DNA of 63,110 bases, counting the filler, from Octopus bimaculoides (taxonomy: Eukaryota), in the NCBI RefSeq assembly GCF_001194135.2. It is 4 parts of 4 records of this genome, joined end to end, with 100 filler letters (N's around TTAATTAATTAA, not from the genome) between each part and the next. Parts side by side here need not be neighbours in the genome. Positions count along the whole stretch, not along the records: positions 38,670 to 63,110 come from NC_068982.1; 3 more parts are not named here. One strand, 5' to 3'. Numbering within the stretch: the stretch's first letter is position 1; each line of letters starts with the position of its first letter. A program made the position numbers and the translations under genes. The notes below the pieces were generated by a model. It was not told the DNA's origin. It saw only the letters and a list, made by a program, of their open reading frames with translations, and did not search any database. Shown piece by piece: positions 52,713 to 63,110 of the stretch.

Positions 52713-54222
52713 TTCTCTTGAAATTTTATATCTTCTTATAACATCAACAGCATATGTATACACACACATTTAAATCAAAGAGTGAAATTTATGGTACTCT
52801 ATATAATACTTTAGTTACGTGCGATTCTACACTATATAGAATACACATGAATATAAATATTAATATGATGAGATGCCTTGGTTTACATTATAAATTCATG
52901 TATGCTCATGTTTACATTTATATTTACAGTTATGAGATTTATACTCCATGTGGCGCCGAAACGTACGTAACTGAAGAATTAAATGTAATACCATAAATTT
53001 CATTCTTTGACCTTATATATGCTCTCACTGATTTATTGAGCCAAGAGTTACTGTTTGCACGGACGATTTTGCTTATGATAAACAGTCTATTTACATGTAT
53101 TCTGTTAGCTACTATTCGCAAGAGTACTAACTGAGGAACCAGCTTGGATTTATTATTCCAATACTTTTTATATACATATAACAAAACAAAAAAGGAACAA
53201 GAACGTAGCAAGTGACAACAAAACATTCGGACAGTTAGACGATACAAAAAGACATAGGAAAAAACAAGGACGAGTCATTCGGAGCTTTCAATCGTCAGTC
53301 GAGTACCAGATCGTTTTAGCAGTATCGGCCGGTTACTATCAAAACTGCTCTAATCTGGCCGGCCCCAAGAAAATCTACGCTAAAAGCACTAAATTCTTTG
53401 GAAGAAAGCAAGTGAATGTATACTAAAACAAGGACGGGAAAAACGGAGAAATGGCACACACTTACAAATACAAACAACAGGAGGTTAACAAAAGGTGTCT
53501 TTCGATTAAGAACGAATTAATTAAGCTGGCGCATGTGGAGGTGAAGACCTACGGCAGGAACATAGAAGATAAAAGTCACGGGAAAGAATATAAGAGATGC
53601 TCACGGATGGTAGTCGAACCAAGAAAGAAAAGTCAGACTTGGCTGAACATCGGTCACGTGGAAGGAGAAAAGTAGGGGTAGAGGGATTGAAGATTGAAGA
53701 GAGATGAGAAAGAGAGAAAAAAGGAAAGAGACAGAGTTAGGTAAAGGAGGAGAGAAAGTGAGAATAAAGGGAAGGCCAAGGTATGTGAGAAGGTGGGAGC
53801 AAGAATAAGAAAAGTGGAAGGAACGAAGAAAGTGTGAAAGGAGCCACAGGAATATATATATATATATATAAAGACAGATAGATAGATAGATTACACACAC
53901 ATACTCACATATATATTTACGTGAGTGCATGTGCGTCCGTGCGTGCGGGTGTGGTTTTATATATATACACTCATACACTCACGTAAATATATATATATAT
54001 ATATATATATTCCTTTAGCCCCTTTTACACTTTCTTCCTGCCTTCCCTTCATTCTCATCACTTTCCCTCCTTCATTACCTCACACTATCCCTTTCCTTTT
54101 TTCTATCTTTCTCGTCCCTCCCTAATTCTTCAATCCCTTTACCCCCTACCTATCTCCTCTCCTTCTACGTGACCGGTATCTATATAGCGTATTAGATATT
54201 ATTAGATGCATATACTTAATGT

Positions 54223-54373
54223 ATATGCTTCGTATATTTTCCGGTGGCTGCAATAGCGTGGTGGAGTATATACATTCCCAAAGCGCCGGTTGTTAAAACA
54301 CCTCAGTCTTGGTTTAACACCGGAAAATACACGGTGTATTTTCCGCTGCCACCGGAAAATACACGCGGCATAT
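54223..54373. repeat. ~150-bp nested inverted-repeat element (MITE-like)
   Basis: 54231-54251 against 54345-54365 match at 19/21 as inverted repeats; internal CGGAAAATACAC palindromes. Confidence 0.75.
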
Positions 54374-54473
54374 TAACTACATTACTAAATGTAGTTAATA
54401 AAAATAATAATAATAATAATAATAATATATATATATATATATATACATACACGTATGTATGTATATATATATG

Positions 54474-54517
<44 letters not shown>

Positions 54518-55986
54518 CATATTTAACTATATATGTATATATATATATGTAGACACAAACACACACACATAAATATGATCATGTCTTCACAGAGATATTC
54601 AGAATGATCACAGGCTTAATTCCTCCTCATAACACTGTAAATTAAACATTCAGATTAATTTGTTTTGTTATATCATTGTCATAAAAATTTAATTTATCGC
54701 AGCATTACAGGACATTTTTTATCAAACTCTTACTTCTATTATATATTCTGCTCCACGTATGCAATTCTATGCATATTTTTTTCAGGTTGTTTATTTGAAC
54801 GCCTTCAGGTAGCATTCTTTTTTGTTTTTGTTACTGATTTTTTTCTTTTTTCGTAATTGTTGCTTTTTTTCTAGGTTTATCCTCCATTTTTGCAAAACCC
54901 AAGATTATGCACATGTCTTGGCAACGCCGTTCTAAATTCTTGTAAAAAATGATATTGATGAAATACATGCATATCTCCATGGACTCCCATTTTTGTAACC
55001 TTTCCAATAACTCTTTTTACAACAGAATTTGTTTTTAAGTCTTCGCGTAGATGTTGTCTAACTGAAATTTCTTTTAAAATAGATATTTTGCATTTGTTTT
55101 GCACCATAAAATCGCTCGACTAAGCGCATTATTTATTCCTCTTAAATCGAAAGAAGTATTAAGAACACAAGACTTCTTCCTATAAACTTGTTGCTTTTAT
55201 AGCCTTTTCATCATAACGTTAATTAAATTTCCCTACTTTTAGTTATTATACTAAAACACTTATTAACTTCTAAAATTAAAATCATAAAACGCCCGTATAC
55301 ATAATGTTCGACCTAGACAATAGACTTCAAGAACACGTATTCTGAACTATAGCTAATTAAATTGAATTCCCTAGTAATTCACTAGTACTTATTTCATGAA
55401 AATCCAAACGGACGAAAATTAATAGTGATCCCAAACTGATTGGATTCTTCGTAGCTAATCTTGCATATAGATAAGCATTGGCACGTCAATTTTAGATTAA
55501 AATAAGGAATTAAGCAATACGTTGTTAAATTTTGGTTACATATTGGCGGTCCTGCGTATTTGGCATAGACCATTAATTGTTGATCGCATGAGTATAATGT
55601 TTAATGTCTTTATTTTAATGTTTAAGTTATCCGTTGATATAAAATTAACTTTCGAGGGATTAATTCTCTTCAGTTCAACGATTAAAGAAAAGATATATTG
55701 CTATAGTGACATTAGTGGAAGGAACCTATCTGTACAGTGAATAGCAAAAGCAGAAAGATATTATAATAATCTAAGAGTTAAAAATACTACGCACTCAGTT
55801 TAGTGAATTAGATAGCATTTTCACTCTTTTATTAAGAAGTACGTAGTTCGATTTCAGTCACATGTTATTTGCCTTTGATACTTAAAGTTTTGCTTTTTCA
55901 GATTTACTACTTTAGCTGTTAACACGTACATATACATCTTACATTTATTTGTGTGCGTGTATGTGTACGTACTGAGTGTGCGTGAA

Positions 55987-56025
<39 letters not shown>

Positions 56026-58117
56026 TATGTATGTGTGTTGAGTATGTGTGCATTTGTGTGCGTGTGTTTGTATATGCATATGAGGTGTCTCCGTCATTCA
56101 ACTATGAGGATTCAAGAGTTCGATCAGCTGCATAACGAGCACTTAAATCAATGTGTAAATAGTTGAGCATCACAAAGTCATGTGTATCCATAATTCGCCG
56201 GCAGATTCAGCATGACACACTATGTGATAAGAACCTACTTTTGAATTTATAGGTACATTATTATAAAGTACTTGTCATTTACTAGATCGATGCACTCGAC
56301 TTGCTCATTTTCTGTCATCTTGTTGGCCTTGTGCTAAAATTTGAAATACTTATTCGGATAGTAGTTTTCTCTATATAGTATAAGGAGGTGAAGTGCACTG
56401 CAAATGACCCAGTTATAATCGTTTAGCCCCAGATCAACCATGACTGAGCAGACGAATAATGAAAGAATATGTAACGCTTGCTTAAATCAAGTTTTATATA
56501 TATAGAATTACATCCTTAAATGTGTCCCTTATCTCTAGATCATAGTGTGTAATTTAAGATTTGGTTGTTCTTTCTAGACGATCAAATTCAGATTCTTCCG
56601 TGATAGTCTCTTCTTTAGGACCGTTAAATGTAAAGTACCCACTTTCACGCTGAAGTCATTCTTCCAGTTTTCTCCATGATCATCACATGTATTAGTGTAA
56701 TGTATTCGTGACATTGTAATCTAATCTGACCACTTTCTCTTCTAGTCACCACTATGCGAGAAATAAAATTATATAGTATCTAAAAAAATTATTCAGCTAA
56801 TTATCTAATGTTTCAAAGATAGAAACGTACGTGCCAAAGAAGAAATCTCGACCTGCAACAAATAGAACCCATATCTACTTTAAATCACATCACACTGTCT
56901 AAAAGAAGTTCAGAACACATTTGTTAGCAATATTTTGTGCATACTCCGCTTCGAAACAAGCCAGACAAATCATATCAAGAGCATCCTTCATCAGTGCCAA
57001 TTTGGGACTAAGCAAAAATAACAAGAATAATATATAAGCATACTTTAAAATATGGAATATTGTACACAATGTTATTAAAAATATGCTTCTACTCAACAAA
57101 ACTTATAGACTTATTACAGAGTCTGATAAATGTTTACTTAAGTCCAATAATAATGCCCCGAGTAAGACATTTCTCCAAGTGAAACTATAAGCACCAGAGT
57201 TGCTATAACTCCAGAAGCCTTATTCATATGAATAACCAGATTTCGACGAGTTCGAACTGGTAGTCGTGTTATTTAATGGCATTCAGACAACCATCGGTTA
57301 AGTCACGTTTTAATATGTAAAGCGTGGAAGGCATGCTACCCTACAATAATATAAATGCAATACCTTCCTTCTTTTCATAAGTCTTTTGCAGTCAAACATT
57401 TGATTGATTCTGAGACATCATTTTTGGAACACATACTAAATGAGCATTTATAAGAACTCACATTCACATCGTTTCATTTTCAAATCCTTACTTACTGATC
57501 ATGAATGGACTCGAACACTTGCACATTGAACTTGGATAATTTTTTTCTTAACATCTTGAGACGTGTTCATCCTTCGTTCTATGAAGAGTGTACTTATAGA
57601 AAAATTAAAGCTTCAAAATATTTTCTTCCACTTTTTGCCTTCTTGATCGACACATCAGCAAAAGTCAATCGTACTTCTGGTAATCACCCGCAGAATATAC
57701 AGATGTCAAGCAAACTTATAGAAGTTTTGTGGAAGACAGCTACATTTGTCCTGAACAACGGGTGCAAATATATTAAAAAGCTTTTGCATAAGTGGAAGCC
57801 GGACGATATGTTGCAAAAGCAGTCGTACTTGTGGAAGTTGGACGACATTTGTAGAAACCAGTTGCACTAGTTCTGGAACTCGAGACGATATGATGAAGAC
57901 ATTGTGTATATTTACTCAGTATTCTAATAACTCTTCAAACACGTAAACTAAATAATGATTCGATGTCTTCCTCGAACGACACCTATTTTGCAAACACTAA
58001 TAAAATAACGATATACTTTTTCTATTTTTGCGACAGAAGTGACAGATTCTCATCTCTGTCAGGCATAGGTTAAAAAAGATATGAGGCTTGGAGCCATATC
58101 CATAACATAATTTTTTT

Positions 58118-58166
<49 letters not shown>

Positions 58167-58403
58167 NNNNNNNNNNNNNNNNNNNNNNNNNNNNNNNNNN
58201 NNNNNNNNNNNNNNNNNNNNNNNNNNNNNNNNNNNNNNNNNNNNNNNNNNNNNNNNNNNNNNNNNNNNNNNNNNNNNNNNNNNNNNNNNNNNNNNNNNNN
58301 NNNNNNNNNNNNNNNNNNNNNNNNNNNNNNNNNNNNNNNNNNNNNNNNNNNNNNNNNNNNNNNNNNNNNNNNNNNNNNNNNNNNNNNNNNNNNNNNNNNN
58401 NNN

Positions 58404-58469
<66 letters not shown>

Positions 58470-59050
58470 TATACATATAAATATACGCAGACATACATAT
58501 ACACAAATGCGTAAATGTGTGTTCCAGTGCGTGTGTGTGTGTACATGTATAAACTTATGTATAGTAACATCTAAATATATTTGCACGTATGCATAGATTT
58601 ATGAATGAGTGTGGTATAAGTGCCACAATAAATATACGTGTACAAATTTTAGCTTTACTCAAAGAAACAAGTATAAAAATACATCTCTTACTCTTAGAAT
58701 TAGTGTAATTTTTTTATTCACTTTTTCTTTTAAATCGTTTTAAAGCTGCCGTCGCTAACAAAGTAAAAAATTAAAAATATAGAAATGAAATAAATATGGC
58801 AAAGAAAATATATATTCGTTTAGATAGAAATGTTATTCTGTTTTGTTCCCTCCCCAAGAAAACATTTGAATCATTACCATTTTAAATACGGTACAATGCA
58901 TAATATGTTGGCTATACACATACTCAATCATGCATAGATACATACACGAAAAAACATACATACATACATATGAGTATAAATGTGTATATGTGTATGTGCG
59001 TGTGTATATACACCCCCATACACACACATGCATACACACATACACACACA

Positions 59051-59205
59051 TACGAGGGGGTATTGGAAAGTTCTTGGCTTTGGGTAAAAGAAAATACAGG
59101 AGGATAAGTTAATTATGATTTTATTCAATATATTACCCTCTCATATTCACACATTTACTGCAACGGTTGTTCAGTTTTTCTAAACGCTGTAGAAGAACTC
59201 GGAAA
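59051..59205. mobile_element. Mariner-type terminal fragment
   Basis: TA|CGAGGGGGTATTGGAAAGTTC end, resembling irritans/mellifera-type TIRs; no coding part seen. Confidence 0.6.
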
Positions 59206-60194
59206 TTTCGTGATACCCTTAAAGCCATGGACCTTTCAGCAGCTCCTCATATTTATATATACATATGCAATAACTATGATTTTCTCTATAAAGAGAGCGA
59301 ATACAGAAACAGTTAGCAACAGTATTAGTTTCGAAGACATATATATGCAATAACTGTAATAAATTGATTTTGACTTGAATGACCAATAAACACAGCAGCA
59401 ACTATGTCTAAACTCTCTTGATACAGATGCTTCATCATATGAATGTATGGGGTGTTGCCTCTGATAATAGCATAGTGTACTGGTGACAGGAAATATAATG
59501 GATGTGAAGTGAAGAGGGGATCCCGTTTAAGTTGTTGAAAGAGTTCGTATTTCATGACATCAGTTATGAATTATTTGATGCCACGACTGAAGAAATATTT
59601 TTAAACAGACATATCTTTTAGCGTTCTCGTTCTTACTGGATCTGCTGCCGCCAGTAAATCTGCGCTAATGTAAAATAGTGCAGTTTCAGTAACATGGACT
59701 ATGTTACTGACACATCAGTATTTTGATGTTTATATTCTAACTGCTTATTATACCAGTAACGTTAGCAAGATAGATTGTCATTAATGCTGTTCGATAAATA
59801 TTTATCGTTTTCACTAAGATCCACGTCTCTATTGTTCTTCTCTGGCATTTATCAAAATTTCGAAAACATTTGGTTGTTGTGTTAGTTGGGTAAATTCTGC
59901 TCTGAGTGTACCAATTTAGACTGCTTTCGATTATTATTAAAGAGAATAATTAAATAGTATCGTTCTTCCGTGCAACCCTAATAAAAGCTTTCTGGCACGC
60001 ACTGTATTGCTCACAACATATAGCAATTGTAAACAACTTTTCATTTCTTACTGAGCTCTTGAATGTCAATCATTTTCAGATATTTCTTGAACACGTGAGT
60101 TGTATGATCGTTCGCAAAAATATTTTATATTGGTGTACACACACACACACACACACACATACACGCACNNNNNNNNNNTATGCACACACACCTG

Positions 60195-60360
60195 CATATA
60201 TGGATACAGGTCGTCACCAAAGGTGCAAACATCATGAAATACGGAAACAGACGAGTTAAATACGTAAAGAACGAGAAAAAATGGAAAGCAGGACAAGTAA
60301 ACACAGAGAAAGGACCCCTCATAAGTTATCGGCTGTCTATCTACTCCTCATTTCAAGCTA
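60195..60360 (+). repeat. Second copy of the 7625-7810 repeat
   Basis: Direct homology. Confidence 0.75.
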
Positions 60361-61499
60361 CCATATATCATAAATCATAGGTAGTTGTTTTTCTTGTAAA
60401 TCAACAACCGGAAAGCCCCTACATCATATTACTACAGGATCAGATATTACAGAGGTGATTGGCGCTTGAGTCCAATCATCAACAGAAAATTAGTCTCAAA
60501 TTATATAGAAGCTAGCATTTACAATTAATTTATAATAAATACATCCCTATGTTTATAATATTGATTAGTATGGTAATGTTAGAATACTACACCCTTATTA
60601 GTATTATAATGTTAGAATAGGCATAATAGTTTGAATATGGCCAACAAAAAAATGTACTGCAACATTGGTAACATTGTATTTCATGGTAACTAGTAAGATG
60701 CTTACAAAAATTTATTGGCACATAATCAAACGCCAGTTATTTCGTCTGATCTCTGGCGAATCAACAATGAAGACACCTTTCATGCTTCTTGTAGCCAGGC
60801 AGATGTAGCACCAGTTTAGACAGAAAGAAAGAAAATAATTTGAGAAATTAGAAACTAACAAAGCAGTGACCCCTGGTATTTTATCGTTGAAGTAACAACC
60901 ACTGCATGTTTCGTTCATTTCTCAAATGTTTTTCGCTGAGAAGTGATGTTTGCTGGCTATTTAATGCCTGAAGCGATCTACTACTGCATTGTTATATGAG
61001 TGAAGTCATCGCGGGTATCTGCGACAGGAGAAATAATAGCCAAAGTATAGAAAAATGTAGAATCAGTAATGTATTGGATGACACTGAGGATGATCTCTGT
61101 ACAAAGAGTGAAGACAGAAACAATTAGCGATAGTATTAGTTTTGATGACAGCAGCGATTGATGCTATATTTGATAGACAGTAAAGTAAACAGCTATCTGT
61201 AACGCACCAGAGAACATAATGCATATTTCTTTTAATAGTTTTAAACTAGTGAAATCTTTATAATGATATATTATCTCTCACAGACACTCTGTATGAATAT
61301 AGTGGAAGTGACGGTACACCTCTAATGTCTACAATACATGGTGAAGATCTACAGGATGCACAGCTAGTCGGAGCTTGACATTATCTTTGAAACGCTTTCC
61401 CAAGCCTGGAATTAGACAACTATCATGGCCATTTCGTAATGATTATATCTTTATACCGTGGAGGTGTACTAAATTTTGTTAATTGTTTTGTTTTAAATT

Positions 61500-61851
61500 A
61501 TTTTGTTCTGCGGTCATACTGAGGCTCGGTCTTGAAGGTTATAGTCGAGCAGATCGAACCCAGTGCACATTTTTTAAAGACCGGTACTTTTGTGAAATTG
61601 CTAAGTTACGGGGACAGAAGCAAACCAAGCCCATTTGCCAAGCGGGTAAGGGAGGCGGACAGAAACACAAAAACACAAATACATACAGTATATACCTACA
61701 AATATATTCCGTCATCCCAATCCGATCACAAGACTTTGGTAGGCCCAAGGCTAGAGTAAAGGTCCCAAGCTGAAGGTGCTACGCGATTGTACTGAATCCG
61801 AAACCTCGTGGTTGGCAAGCAAACCTCTTACCACAAGTCATACTCGCGCCT
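61500..61851 (-). mobile_element. tRNA-derived SINE, near full length
   Basis: Head aggcgcgagtatgacttgtggtaagagg..ggtttcggattcagt (B box); body homologous to 37270-37647. Confidence 0.82.
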
Positions 61852-63110
61852 ATGTCCAAAACTTTCCAAAACTTCTTTCTTAAATGCAATTTGCATTCTG
61901 ACACTTCTGGTGGCAGATAAATCGAGAAATACTCTAGTTTATCATCATTTAGTCACAGAGATTTCCAGTATACAGCTTTTCTGATGTAATTCATTGATGA
62001 AGTCCTTTGCATATATCGTTGAAGGTAACAAAGTTATAATGTTGCTTGATGGGTAAAGTAGGATCTGATCCGTGTTGTCATTGTGTTCAAGCTTTACATT
62101 AGAAACTTTATTCATCTAAACATTTAAGTTACCTGTCACCGAACAAATCATGTAAAATAGCATTGTCCACGTTTCTATCGACTGGGTCACACGCTGTAAA
62201 AGTTATATAAGCGTAAAAACAAGCAATGCTACAGTAATGTTGTAGATTGAAGTTTGAAAACGTCAATATAAACTATAAACATACGTACACAGCTATACAT
62301 ACATGCACGCACGCATTTATACACACAAGCACAGAGAGTGTGGGAAGGGAGGGATAAGTCAGTGTGAAAGGGATATAGATGACATGAGAGCTGGTTGATC
62401 GGTAAAAAAATAGAGGATACGAAGCGAAAACAATAAAGGAAAATAATAAGAAATCTGTCTATTCCATGTTTAATTCATTTTTCTTTGTCATTGATGTACG
62501 GTAGTTGAAAAGAATCCTTTTTTGTCTAACATTTAAAGCCAGTTCACATACATACATACACATGCACACGTGCACACGTTCACATGCACACAGGCACACA
62601 TTCACACATGGACCCATGCACGCACACAACATATACGTGTGTCTGTATGTGCATTAGAGCGTGAGTATATGTATATATGTGTGTATGTTTGTATGTTTGT
62701 ACGCTTTTAAACACATATTGATGAATTTACACTGAGAAAAAGTACCCCTATCTTCAGCTTCCCCATTTATGTATGATTAACCAATCAAGGCCTAGGAACT
62801 AAGGGAGATAACACTATAAGTTACTAGTTTTTTTCCTCCATTTTCTGTTATATCAACTCTGTAGCTACACATTCTTTCCCTTTTTACTTCTAAACTTGTT
62901 TTATCTAGTTGGCTGTGTATTTTTTTAATTCTCTTAAAACAGACATATTGAAAATTATGAGATAGAACATGGCAAAAAAAGATTAGTTATTCTTTCAGAT
63001 TCTATTAATAGTATCAGGCACAAGAAAGCAAATGTGCAGACATACGGACACGAATATTCATATGCAATAACACAAACTTATGCATGGCGTGTATGTATAT
63101 ATATATATAT

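Noticed and set aside
52926-52975. GAAACGTA with an 8-bp flanking stem, hammerhead candidate
   Set aside because: No CUGAnGA core next to stem I
53295-53310. CTGACGA..GAA on the minus strand, hammerhead candidate
   Set aside because: Stem II and stem III do not pair
56899-57007. LDMICLAC-x12-C spacing resembling CHH/ITP hormones
   Set aside because: Only three Cys, no matching upstream exon, and the family is essentially ecdysozoan
57505-57870. 121-aa ORF
   Set aside because: No recognisable domain or splice support
59325-59555. Ankyrin-like SPVHYAIIRGN
   Set aside because: Single partial motif with no further repeats or exon structure
61000-61160. Acidic stretch like a piggyBac N-terminus
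   Set aside because: No TTAA/CCC terminus or catalytic domain seen

Overview
Repeat-dominated, AT-rich eukaryotic DNA from a gappy draft assembly. The SINE, LINE and mariner families and the microsatellite density look like Octopus/cephalopod; this is recognition, not a search result. I found no intact host protein-coding gene, and most listed ORFs are microsatellite or N artefacts. Supported content: a decayed near-full RTE LINE with a PHD-like finger inside its RT; Penelope GIY-YIG fragments; R4/Dong-type LINE 3' ends sitting in (AAT)n tracts together with a probable non-autonomous partner; Tx1/L1 and CR1 RT fragments; DD34D mariner and DD37D maT remnants; non-autonomous Helitrons with tandem internal repeats; many tRNA/CORE SINEs; a SLC25A32 (mitochondrial folate carrier) pseudogene fragment; and three artificial 100-bp contig spacers. 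The most interesting signal is a set of minimal type I hammerhead-ribozyme-like motifs. These include a variant core (CUGUUGA plus one extra purine, palindromic ACGU stem III) conserved in three copies of a ~190-bp dispersed element, and a separate hairpin-enclosed hammerhead at 19341-19385.
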